Shown here: one piece after another, positions 1-10,522 of the stretch
Position numbering within the stretch: position 1 is the first letter of the stretch
How the letters are laid out: the number at the start of each line of letters is the position of its first letter
From: Prevotella sp.
GTDB lineage: Bacteria > Bacteroidota > Bacteroidia > Bacteroidales > Bacteroidaceae
DNA length: 64,000 nt
NCBI GenBank assembly: GCA_050875085.1
Contig: JBNMLZ010000001.1
Coordinates: 44,484 to 108,483 of the forward strand
Direction: 5' to 3'
Program-made: the position numbers and the translations under genes
Notes under the pieces: generated by a model
The model's input: only the letters and a program-made list of their open reading frames with translations
Database searches by the model: none
What the model was told of the DNA's origin: nothing

Positions 1-1
1 C

Positions 2-1684
<1,683 letters not shown>

Positions 1685-1690
1685 AACCTC

Positions 1691-1776
1691 TGAAGACAAC
1701 TTCTACTTCTGAAGATAATAGAAGACAACTGAGACAACAAAGGACAACATTTTGGCCGTGCCAACACGGCACGGCT
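1691..1776. repeat. Left arm of inverted repeat pair (family F): GACAAC tandem units plus GCCGTGCC hairpin
   Basis: 1733-1776 is a near-perfect reverse complement of 3212-3256. Confidence 0.85.
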
Positions 1777-1796
1777 GAAATTTGTCTTATCACACC

Positions 1797-3044
1797 CTAC
1801 AGTAGCCACTTCCACACCGGCACCACCTCAATGTTTCTTCCTCCTTCTGATATCGTGCGCTCCTGGTCGTAAGTGACAATCAGCAGGCGGTCGGCACCAA
1901 GGAAATCGGCGGTTTTAAGCAATGCACCGACCTCGCGGTTCAGCGTTTCCTCCGACGACAGATTGTAAGCCACCTGAACAAGCAGATGGTCGGACGGGAC
2001 ACAGAAGTCAACTTCCACATTTTTATTATAGTAGAACAGACGATTGCCATACCTTTTGTAGAGGTTTATAGCTACAATATTCTCAAGCAATTTCGGTTCT
2101 GGTTGGAAAAGGAAAAGATTGAGTATGCCGTTGTCACAGAAGTAATGTTTTTTCACACTCTCGCGCTCGGTCAAGGCCGCCGAGAAATTTCCTATCGAGA
2201 ACATGAGATAGGAGTCGCGCATGTAGTCGATATAGTTGACTATCGTTTCCCATGACACCTTTGTACCATTTCCCTGCAGAATGTTCTGCATACGCTTTAT
2301 CGCCATTGGCTGCATCACGCTGTCGGCAAGCTTGCGGATGAGCATACGCAGACTCGCGTCGTTGCGCACACCCTTGCGGATGACAATATCCGAAAAGAGA
2401 ATTTTCTGATACAGCGACTGTAGCCAACCCTGCTTGTCGGCAATCTGAAATACCTCCGGCAACCCTCCATAATAGAAGTAATCGGGAAACAGCCTCACCA
2501 CGGTATTGCGCACTGGCGAAAACTCCCAGTTGCGGTCAAGGGTAACTCCATGAAACTCCAGATATTCCCGAAACGAGAAAGGATAAATCTCCTTTGTCAG
2601 ATACCTGCCGCCAAGCGTTGAGCTTATCTCGCGGCTAAGCATGTGGGCGTTGCTTCCTGTGATAAGAACGCGCCGCTTCTCGTCGGCAAGCCGACGGGCG
2701 AAGTGTTCCCACCCCGCGACATTCTGTATCTCGTCCAGGAATATTATTGGCTCATGCGGAAACATCTCCGAATAAGCGTCGAGTATCAAGTGCAGGTCAT
2801 CCTTTGTAATCTCCGCAATACGCTCATCCTCAAAATTTATGAAGAGCATCTCCTCCTTGCTGTGCCCCTCGGCTATAAGCTGTTGGATATACTGGTACAA
2901 CGTATACGACTTTCCTGCACGGCGCATACCCACCAACACATAATTGGCGTTCTTCTCCAAACACGCGCTCCGCTTCTGAAGTCTTATACGGCTCACAAAA
3001 TCCTGCTGGCGCAAGATTATCTCCTTTAACGTATTCTTGTCCAT
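1797..3044 (-). CDS. AAA+ ATP-binding protein (AAA_14 with DUF4143-type C-terminus)
   Basis: Walker A GMRRAGKS, Walker B IIFLDEIQ, ITGSNA, GGLPE, KKHYFCDNG, EVDF..LVQV. Start placed at MDKN (3044), downstream of TAAATTTG at 3063-3070. Confidence 0.88.
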   Translation of the reverse strand: MDKNTLKEIILRQQDFVSRIRLQKRSACLEKNANYVLVGMRRAGKSYTLYQYIQQLIAEGHSKEEMLFINFEDERIAEITKDDLHLILDAYSEMFPHEPIIFLDEIQNVAGWEHFARRLADEKRRVLITGSNAHMLSREISSTLGGRYLTKEIYPFSFREYLEFHGVTLDRNWEFSPVRNTVVRLFPDYFYYGGLPEVFQIADKQGWLQSLYQKILFSDIVIRKGVRNDASLRMLIRKLADSVMQPMAIKRMQNILQGNGTKVSWETIVNYIDYMRDSYLMFSIGNFSAALTERESVKKHYFCDNGILNLFLFQPEPKLLENIVAINLYKRYGNRLFYYNKNVEVDFCVPSDHLLVQVAYNLSSEETLNREVGALLKTADFLGADRLLIVTYDQERTISEGGRNIEVVPVWKWLL

Positions 3045-3076
3045 ATCAATGAGTTTATTATGCAAATTTACAAAAT

Positions 3077-3190
3077 ATATCACATATAGACTATATATTT
3101 CATCATATTTATATCACCTATAGACTATATATTTTACCGTATTTATATCACCTATAGACTATATGTTTCACCATATTTATATCACCCATA
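3077..3190. repeat. 34-bp tandem repeat, about 3.3 copies (ATATCACCTATAGACTATATATTTCACCATATTT)
   Basis: Directly visible immediately upstream of the ATPase -7 promoter box. Confidence 0.85.
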
Positions 3191-3211
3191 CATGACAGTC
3201 CTGCGCCCTCA

Positions 3212-3296
3212 AGCCGTGCCGAGTTGGCACGGCTAAAAATGTTGTCCTTTGTTGTCCATGTTGTCTTCAATTGTCTTCAGTTGTCTTCAGTTGTCT
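3212..3296. repeat. Right arm of inverted repeat pair (family F)
   Basis: AGCCGTGCCGAGTTGGCACGGCT hairpin followed by GTTGTC tandem units, mirroring 1691-1776. Confidence 0.85.
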
Positions 3297-3383
3297 TTCC
3301 TCCCCATTTGCAATCGTTTTCACGTTCCATTATTCCTATCAACAGGTCAAAATTTCCTATTTTCAAAAATTGCAGTATAAAAA

Positions 3384-3415
3384 CTTGTCGGGGGGGGAAT
3401 TTTTTTCTATCTTTG
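3384..3415 (+). promoter_or_regulatory. Sigma-A-type promoter of the pilus operon with G8 and T7 tracts in the spacer
   Basis: CTTG (3384-87), 20-bp spacer containing G8 (3390-97) and T7 (3400-06), then TATCTTTG (3408-15), matching TAnnTTTG. Confidence 0.6.
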
Positions 3416-3728
3416 CGAAAAGAACAGATAGTAACACTGATTACAAATTTCATTTGCCTAAAACTTGTATCGTAAGCAAGACTGGTATTTGCGACGACGA
3501 TCTATTTTTACTTTATATTCTTTATTGAGAAGAAATCGGAATTTTCACTGACGACCCGCTACACATCAGATGCTATTAAAAGGAGGATAAAAAAGTTTCA
3601 AGCAGTGGGTCAGGATTGATTGACCGATGAGAATAAGCTAAAAGCAAAAAACAACAACAGTAGACCAATACATTCATCAGGCTCCACTCCACAAGTGGGA
3701 CCAAGGGAATTGTATACCTTTACGAAAT

Positions 3729-4280
3729 ATGAAAAAAGCCCAACAATACATACTCCACATCTGCATGTGGTGCGCCCTTGCCGTATCCTGTCTGAACGCC
3801 TCGGCACAGACAACAGCCGTGAAGACAAACCTTCTCTACCTCGCCACGACAACGCTCAACGCCGCCGTGGAGACATCGCTCGGCAAGCGCACAACGCTCG
3901 AACTGTCGGCTGCCTACAACCCGTGGACGTTCCGCAGCGACAAGAAGATGCACCTCGTGATGCTGCAACCCGAGGTGAAATGGTGGTCGTGTGAGCGCTA
4001 CGAGGGCAGTTTCTTCGGCGTGCACCTCATCGGGGCACAGTTCTACGGCGGCTTCTCAAGCAAGCTCTACGACGGCTACCTCGCCGGAGTGGGAGCAAGC
4101 TACGGCAAGGACTGGATTCTGTCGCCCCACTGGAACCTGGAGGCTGAAATCGGGGCAGGCGTGGCGCGGCTGTGGTACAAGGAAAGCCCCAACGTGCCCT
4201 GCATGAAGTGCCGCGAAAACAAGCACCGCAACTATGTCGGACCAACAAAGGCGGCACTGTCGCTCGTCTACCTGTTCTGA
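3729..4280 (+). CDS. DUF3575 outer-membrane beta-barrel protein
   Basis: Signal peptide ..ASAQ, AVKTNLLY..TTTLN, YNPW, QPEVKWW, GPTKAALSLVYLF with terminal Phe. Confidence 0.88.
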   Translation: MKKAQQYILHICMWCALAVSCLNASAQTTAVKTNLLYLATTTLNAAVETSLGKRTTLELSAAYNPWTFRSDKKMHLVMLQPEVKWWSCERYEGSFFGVHLIGAQFYGGFSSKLYDGYLAGVGASYGKDWILSPHWNLEAEIGAGVARLWYKESPNVPCMKCRENKHRNYVGPTKAALSLVYLF

Positions 4281-4303
4281 CCTCATTTAAACAATCAAGT
4301 GCT

Positions 4304-5722
4304 ATGAACATCAAGAAATTCAACACCGTCGGCATCGCCTGCGTCATGCTCTTCACCATGCAGGGCTGCTCGCAGCATAGGCTTGCCTCCGGCGCGGACC
4401 GCATGACCATAGAGCCGGCTCCCTACACCGTGGCACCCGACAGCACGGGCAACGCCGACATCGACATAAGGCTGCACATACCCCACAACTATTTCAGCAG
4501 CCGCAGCCGCCTGTTCGTCGTGCCTACGCTCGTGGCAGCCGACACCGTGGTGAAAGCCTACCGCCCGCTCGTGCTCGACGCGCCCATATACAGCAAGAAG
4601 ATGCGCCGCCGCGCTGTGCTCAACGGCGAGGCCGACCCCTACGCCGACATCGCCCAGACGCTGCCCACAACAGCGCGCGACTACAGCGCCGACTACAAAG
4701 GCTCTCTGCGCGTGCCTGCCGCTATCGACAGCGCGCGGCTCGTGGCTGTGGCATCAGCCGACGGATGCGGACGCTGCACGGGCATCGACACCGTGGAGAT
4801 AGGCACCATCGTAAGACCAAAGACGGTGAAGCGGCTCAACCTAACGTGGCAGGTGGCGCAGTTTGAGGTGCGCCCGAAGGTGCGCCAGGGCGGTGGCGTG
4901 GCTCACCTGCAGTTTGCCATCAACCGCTACGACATCAACCTCGACATGGGCAACAACCGCGCCGAACTGGCGCACATGCTCAAGGACATCGCCCCGATAC
5001 TCAACGACTCTCTCGCCACGCTCAACTCGCTCAGCATCTACGGCATGGCTTCCGCCGACGGACCGCTCGGCTTCAACACCCAGCTGGCACGCAACCGCGC
5101 CAACGCCGCCCGGCAATGGCTCGACAGCCAGTTGCTCAGCGGCGAGCGCATGGCCGGCATCGCCCACATAGGGTCGCGCCCCGAAGGTTGGCAACCAGTG
5201 CTCGACGCCATGATAAAGGCTGGCGACGCCGACTCGACTGCCCTTAAAGCCATACTCACCAAGTATGCCTCTGCCAACGACGACGTGCAGGAGCGCTACA
5301 TACGCCGCCTGCCGGCATGGCAGCGCATCCGCGACCGCTATCTCGACAAGGACCGCAAGGTGGAGTATGCCTACAGCTACACCATACGCAGCTTCACCAC
5401 CGACAAGGAGATGCTTGCCATGTATGCCACCCGGCCCGACGCCTTCAACGAGGACGAGCTGCTGCACGTGGCTGCCCTCGCCACCGACGACGCCACACGG
5501 GAACAGGTATACCGCACAACGCTGAAGTACTTCCCGCAGTCGGCAATCGCCACCAACAACCTCGCCATCATCCTTGAGCGCAACGGCAAGACAGCCGAAG
5601 CCGAGGCTCTGGCCAAACGCCTGAAGGAACTGCGACAGCAGAAACAGCGCGAGATAAACATCATCGAGCGCTACGAGGATGCCAACAGCGTGAAGAACGA
5701 CCTAAACACATTTAGCCGATGA
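4304..5722 (+). CDS. DUF3868/OmpA-like lipoprotein with C-terminal TPR (pilus-associated)
   Basis: Lipobox MQGC, GMASADG..N..LARNRA OmpA-like motif, YFPQSAIATNNLA TPR. Start at ATG 4304. Confidence 0.75.
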   Translation: MNIKKFNTVGIACVMLFTMQGCSQHRLASGADRMTIEPAPYTVAPDSTGNADIDIRLHIPHNYFSSRSRLFVVPTLVAADTVVKAYRPLVLDAPIYSKKMRRRAVLNGEADPYADIAQTLPTTARDYSADYKGSLRVPAAIDSARLVAVASADGCGRCTGIDTVEIGTIVRPKTVKRLNLTWQVAQFEVRPKVRQGGGVAHLQFAINRYDINLDMGNNRAELAHMLKDIAPILNDSLATLNSLSIYGMASADGPLGFNTQLARNRANAARQWLDSQLLSGERMAGIAHIGSRPEGWQPVLDAMIKAGDADSTALKAILTKYASANDDVQERYIRRLPAWQRIRDRYLDKDRKVEYAYSYTIRSFTTDKEMLAMYATRPDAFNEDELLHVAALATDDATREQVYRTTLKYFPQSAIATNNLAIILERNGKTAEAEALAKRLKELRQQKQREINIIERYEDANSVKNDLNTFSR

Positions 5723-6645
5723 CAAAACTGAAGAATATATGCCTGCATGTGGCTGCCGCCACCGCCGTGGCGCTCACGCTCGCATCGTGCATACGCGACG
5801 ACTTGCAGCCATGTCCGCCACTGACGCTCAGCATCGGGGTGCTCGACAAGAACTACAGCAACGCCGCCGACCTCGTGTTCGACGACGGGGTTGACATCGA
5901 CGAGCGCGTGAGCGAGGACCAGCCCTTCGGCTACTACGTGCCCACGCTCTACTACCGCCTGTCGCGCCTCAACAGCGACGGCTCGCTGACGATGGTCACC
6001 GAGCGCGGCGTGTTCGGAGTGGAGGGCAACGAGAAGACCTACGACATTGACTTCGGCAACGAGCTGCCCTTCGGCAAGTATGTCTTCACCGTGTGGGGCG
6101 GCATGAGCAGCCTCGACGAGTTCAACGCCGACCGCACCGAGGTGTCGTTCCACCCCGACCACGCGCAGGGCGACGACGTGTACATGTCGAGCGACACCAT
6201 CGGCTACGACGCCACACACACCAGCTTCAACAGCCTCATGCGCCGCACCAAGGGCAAGCTCATCATCTATGCCGAGGATCTGCCGCGGCGCGTGCAGTTC
6301 TCGGGCAAGCACGTAGGCGGACTGTACGGCACGGTTGACACGCGGTTCTTCTACGACGACCAGACATCCGTCACCACTCACCAGGCACGACGCGGCGCGG
6401 GAATACTCACCGAGACGTTCCTCACGCCGTCGATAAGCAAGGACGGCTCCATTGTAGACGCCAACTTCTACGACGACAGCGACATCTCGCACCCCGACAT
6501 CTCGCCCAGCGACGTGAGAATAACGATGCGGCGCAACGAGCTGACAATAATGAAATACGTGTACAACCCCGACGACAACACCTTTAAGGTATACATCCGG
6601 GTGAACGACAACTGGGAACAAATGCACGATATGACATTGGAATAA
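5719..6645 (+). CDS. FimB/Mfa2-family anchor pilin lipoprotein
   Basis: Lipobox LASC-IRDDLQPCP, GKYVFTVWG, MRRNELT, C-terminal donor strand IRVNDNWE. Confidence 0.8.
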   Translation: MTKLKNICLHVAAATAVALTLASCIRDDLQPCPPLTLSIGVLDKNYSNAADLVFDDGVDIDERVSEDQPFGYYVPTLYYRLSRLNSDGSLTMVTERGVFGVEGNEKTYDIDFGNELPFGKYVFTVWGGMSSLDEFNADRTEVSFHPDHAQGDDVYMSSDTIGYDATHTSFNSLMRRTKGKLIIYAEDLPRRVQFSGKHVGGLYGTVDTRFFYDDQTSVTTHQARRGAGILTETFLTPSISKDGSIVDANFYDDSDISHPDISPSDVRITMRRNELTIMKYVYNPDDNTFKVYIRVNDNWEQMHDMTLE

Positions 6646-6695
6646 ACATATATTAACCAGGACACGCCAATACGCGTCCATAAATTCAAAGTTCT

Positions 6696-7982
6696 ATGAA
6701 CAAAGTATTTTTCTATGCACTGGCAGCAAGCAGCTTGGCACTGGGTGCATGCACAAACGACAGCAATGTCGACGAGAACGGAAATGAACAGGGCAACGCT
6801 CTGCAGCAAATCACTTTGCAGGTAGCAAGTAGTGGCGATGGAATGACAACACGAGCCGGACGTGAGCTTGAAAGCTCGGAGGCTACACAGGACATCAACA
6901 AGGTGCAGGTGCTCGTATGTACAACCGACGGCACCATAAAATACACCAAGACACTTGACAACTGGAACGGCGACGGCTCTGAAGTATACACCACTGGCGG
7001 ACACGGCAGACAGGCCACATTCACCATTCCAACGGAAAACCATCTGTCAGCCGGCACATACAAGGTCTACGCCATTGGCTACAGTGACGACAGCGACTAT
7101 GACCTATCTGCCATCACTTCAGCCGCAATAGGCGGCACATTCAACGAGAACACCGTGCTTAAGTACAAAGAAGACGGAGGCAAGAAGGCTGAGGAGATAT
7201 TCGCCGGAGAAGCCAGCTATACCGTAGAGGAAGGCGTGAAAGCCACAGGCACAGTGATTCTGAACCGTCAGGTTGCAGGCACATTCGGCTACGTTGAGGA
7301 TATTCCCTACGTTGATGGAGCGACAAAGCTGCAACTCGTGGCATCTACAAGCAACAGCGAACTTGTACTCGGTCAATTCGCCAATTTTGAATTGACAAGC
7401 AACGGAACCAACAACACCCAAAACGTGAAGTATGTTGTCAACGGCAACAACTCCGCCAACAATGTTGTGGTGTACACCATTAACCTCAACGACTGGTTCA
7501 CTGCTCTCAAGGACGAGAAAGACGCAAACGGCAACGACGGAGCCGATGGTCTGATTGACATAGATAACTGGAAGACGGAGGGTCATGACTACTACAAGAA
7601 AGGCTCTGTGTTTGCTGGCAGCTTCATCATTCCGTTCGCAAAGACCGAAGGACAGACATTCACACTGCAGCTTGTCAAAGATGACAACTCCGTAGTGAGA
7701 AGCTGGAACGTTAACCTTCCTGAGGGTGATGGTCAGTTGGCTGAGCACTCGGTATCAACATGGAACGGCACATCGTTCGCAACGACAACAGTCACCGACA
7801 CGAAGAGTGCCTACTCTGTTGTGCGCAACCACCTCTACGGCATCGGCACACGCATGAGCGCAAAGCCTGCCCAACCTGGTACCGACCCTGGCGACAAGCC
7901 TGAGTCATTAAAGAAAGCCCAGAACATCACGCTCCGTGTAAACGACAACTGGGAGGTGATACACAATATGGAATTAGAGTAA
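6696..7982 (+). CDS. Major type V fimbrial stalk pilin
   Basis: Lipobox LGAC, TTR|A maturation site, GTYKVYAIGY, LNRQVAG, VVRNHLY, C-terminal strand LRVNDNWE. Followed by a hairpin repeat. Confidence 0.82.
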   Translation: MNKVFFYALAASSLALGACTNDSNVDENGNEQGNALQQITLQVASSGDGMTTRAGRELESSEATQDINKVQVLVCTTDGTIKYTKTLDNWNGDGSEVYTTGGHGRQATFTIPTENHLSAGTYKVYAIGYSDDSDYDLSAITSAAIGGTFNENTVLKYKEDGGKKAEEIFAGEASYTVEEGVKATGTVILNRQVAGTFGYVEDIPYVDGATKLQLVASTSNSELVLGQFANFELTSNGTNNTQNVKYVVNGNNSANNVVVYTINLNDWFTALKDEKDANGNDGADGLIDIDNWKTEGHDYYKKGSVFAGSFIIPFAKTEGQTFTLQLVKDDNSVVRSWNVNLPEGDGQLAEHSVSTWNGTSFATTTVTDTKSAYSVVRNHLYGIGTRMSAKPAQPGTDPGDKPESLKKAQNITLRVNDNWEVIHNMELE

Positions 7983-7986
7983 CAAT

Positions 7987-8099
7987 GCGGGCTGAAAGCC
8001 CAAACCGCACATAGCCCAGGGCAACGCCCTGGGTTGTAAGCAATACGTGAACCAACGCCCTGAAAGGGCAAAAGTATTGGTTTGCCTTTTCGGGGCGCG
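7987..8099. repeat. REP-like palindromic element (family E: GGGCTGAAAGCCC / CCCAGGGCAACGCCCTGGG / GCCCTGAAAGGGC)
   Basis: Three consecutive hairpins directly after the major pilin stop codon. Confidence 0.75.
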
Positions 8100-8141
8100 T
8101 TATTTGCGTTTTTTTACTCCCCATAATAAATTCAATCCACC

Positions 8142-9221
8142 ATGCATCGTAAGTTAAACACCACCCTATTCTTATCAGCGGCCATCCTCGCCCTCACATC
8201 GTGCACCGGCATGAGCGACGCAACTGACGATGCCACACGCCAAGGCGTGACCATAAGCCTATGCACACAGCCATCGCTCAACACACGCACCACACTGACG
8301 TCCGACCGCAACGTGCAACACGTAAGCCAAGTGCAGCTCTACGTGTTCGACGGAACCAGTGACAACGCCACATGCGTGGCGTCGGAAGACACCGGATGGG
8401 ACCCGACGGGAGCCGCCGGAGGTCTGCCCACACGCGAGCAGACATACAAACTGAAATACACGGGGTTCAAACCCCAGTCAACATACACCCTCATTGCAGT
8501 AGGCAGCGACGACGCGTCGCTACGAACCTACCAACCACTAAGCATAGGCACAACACTGTCGCAGGCACGTGCCACAGCCACAACCATAGCCACACGCCAC
8601 GACATCGCACAAAGCGAGCTGTTTGGCGGTAGCCTCAACATGACCATGAACGACGAGGGCGGATTTGAAGGCACCATTGACCTGTACCGCCGCGTGGCTG
8701 GCGTGCTCGTGTCGCTCGTGAACATTCCAAGCTACATCGAGACCGACGGCACACGCCACACAGTGGCAAAGCTAAGTCTGCAACTCTACACACAGCAGAA
8801 CCGCAGCACCCCACTCGCGTCAAACAACATAACTGCCGACCCGCTGACCAGCACCGACGCCACCGAGAACGAAGCCAACCGCACCGTGCTTGAGATTGCC
8901 CAAAGCGAGGTGCAACGCTCAACCAACCTCACCGAGAAAGGAGCCTACCTCCTGCCGATAGCAGCACCGACCGACAGCGACACCCCTACCCTATCGCTTG
9001 TTTTTGCCGACAGCGACGGCAACACCCTGCGCACCTTGCCCGTGAAACTTGTTGAGACCACCACCGACAGCGACGGCAACAAGACCACCACAAAGCGCAC
9101 CGCCTACCCCATACTTGCCAACCAACTGTACAAGATAGAAGCCAACTTCGACACCGAGACGCAGATAACCATCGAGGTTGAGCCTGCCTTTGAGGGGAGA
9201 CATGAGTTTGATGTCATTTAA
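8142..9221 (+). CDS. Accessory type V pilin lipoprotein
   Basis: Lipobox LTSC, NTR|T, VQLYVFDG, LYRRVAG, ILANQLYKI. Confidence 0.78.
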   Translation: MHRKLNTTLFLSAAILALTSCTGMSDATDDATRQGVTISLCTQPSLNTRTTLTSDRNVQHVSQVQLYVFDGTSDNATCVASEDTGWDPTGAAGGLPTREQTYKLKYTGFKPQSTYTLIAVGSDDASLRTYQPLSIGTTLSQARATATTIATRHDIAQSELFGGSLNMTMNDEGGFEGTIDLYRRVAGVLVSLVNIPSYIETDGTRHTVAKLSLQLYTQQNRSTPLASNNITADPLTSTDATENEANRTVLEIAQSEVQRSTNLTEKGAYLLPIAAPTDSDTPTLSLVFADSDGNTLRTLPVKLVETTTDSDGNKTTTKRTAYPILANQLYKIEANFDTETQITIEVEPAFEGRHEFDVI

Positions 9222-9249
9222 ACGACAAGAATCAGAAGTCACATAAAAT

Positions 9250-10509
9250 ATGAGCAACATAGCAAAAGCATTTGCCACCTTATATATATTATGCATGGCA
9301 ACAACGGCGTGCAACAACGACACCGACACGCCACAACCCGACCGCGAGGGACCAACCACCACCGTGCCAATATCCATTGAGCTTGGCACCGAATGGAACG
9401 TCGACCCCGACGACGGCACTCGCGCCGCACCTCCGGGCAGCGGCACCACCAGCACCAGCGGCTCCGACAGCCAGACCACCGACGACGGATGGGAGGAAAC
9501 CAAGGAGATAAACGAGGTGCGCATCATAGCGTTCCGGCGTGCCGACAACTCCGACGTGGCAACAGCATCCACCAACGCCGACCCCTTTGTGTACGACCCC
9601 AAGAACGACCTGCGCGTGGCAATAAGCGAAGACAAGGACTATCCCGACGGCGACGATGCCTACGCAACGTCGCACAAGCACCGTGTGGCACACGCCACCA
9701 TACGCAAGACCTACGGCTACGAATACCGCATCATTGCGCTTGCCTACAATAAAGACTGCAAAATTCCCTACCCCCTAAACTCGGCACAACCCGAGGGCAT
9801 CGACGCACGCATGACGCTGAACCTGAAAGAAGGGACAACACTCGACGAGTTCAGCGCAACATTCAACGGCTTCAGCCGCAAACTGATAAGCCACTACAGC
9901 GACTACACCAAGATAAGCAACTATGCTATATATATACCACAACTGTTCTACGGCTATTGCCACTCGACAGGATACAACGACACAACAATAAAATACGCAT
10001 ACGGCGACGAGGCTGACGTGCCCATTACAGGTACACTGTATCGCGGCATGGCAGAGGTTGAGCTACAAGTGAAACTGACCGACCATGCCACTTGGGGAAG
10101 CATTGAGCGCAGTATAACATCAGCCGACCTGCTCGCCTACAACATCTTCACCGAGGTATCACTATATGACTACGACTGCTTCAAATCAGGGAAAACACTA
10201 CTTGCCCAAAATTATTACTCGCCCATAGGATACTGCAAGCGTGAAAATAACAGCGATGAAATAACCATATCGGCATGGATTCTGCCATGTAAGACAAAAC
10301 TTGCCATGCGAGCATACATGGAAGGTGCTACAATAGGATATCAGCACGCCATGGGTCAGATTTGCACCGACGATGTTATAGCCGGCGACAACGCCACGGG
10401 CGTGATATCGCCCGATGCCATAGACAACGTGTTCTATCTGCGCCGCAACCACAAGTATGTGTTCAAATGCAGCGACTCGGAAACAATCCTAAAGAACCAC
10501 ACGCTCTAA
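9250..10509 (+). CDS. Putative tip pilin lipoprotein
   Basis: Lipobox TTAC, GTR|A, LYRGMAEV, LRRNHKY; no C-terminal donor strand. Confidence 0.7.
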   Translation: MSNIAKAFATLYILCMATTACNNDTDTPQPDREGPTTTVPISIELGTEWNVDPDDGTRAAPPGSGTTSTSGSDSQTTDDGWEETKEINEVRIIAFRRADNSDVATASTNADPFVYDPKNDLRVAISEDKDYPDGDDAYATSHKHRVAHATIRKTYGYEYRIIALAYNKDCKIPYPLNSAQPEGIDARMTLNLKEGTTLDEFSATFNGFSRKLISHYSDYTKISNYAIYIPQLFYGYCHSTGYNDTTIKYAYGDEADVPITGTLYRGMAEVELQVKLTDHATWGSIERSITSADLLAYNIFTEVSLYDYDCFKSGKTLLAQNYYSPIGYCKRENNSDEITISAWILPCKTKLAMRAYMEGATIGYQHAMGQICTDDVIAGDNATGVISPDAIDNVFYLRRNHKYVFKCSDSETILKNHTL

Positions 10510-10522
10510 AAAGAAACGCATC

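Noticed and set aside
4172-4303. Extended starts in the ORF track (4172, 3083, 24823, 26734, 30864, 38028, 50357)
   Set aside because: They overlap upstream genes, promoters or repeat arms; downstream ATGs give proper signal peptides or AT-rich leaders.
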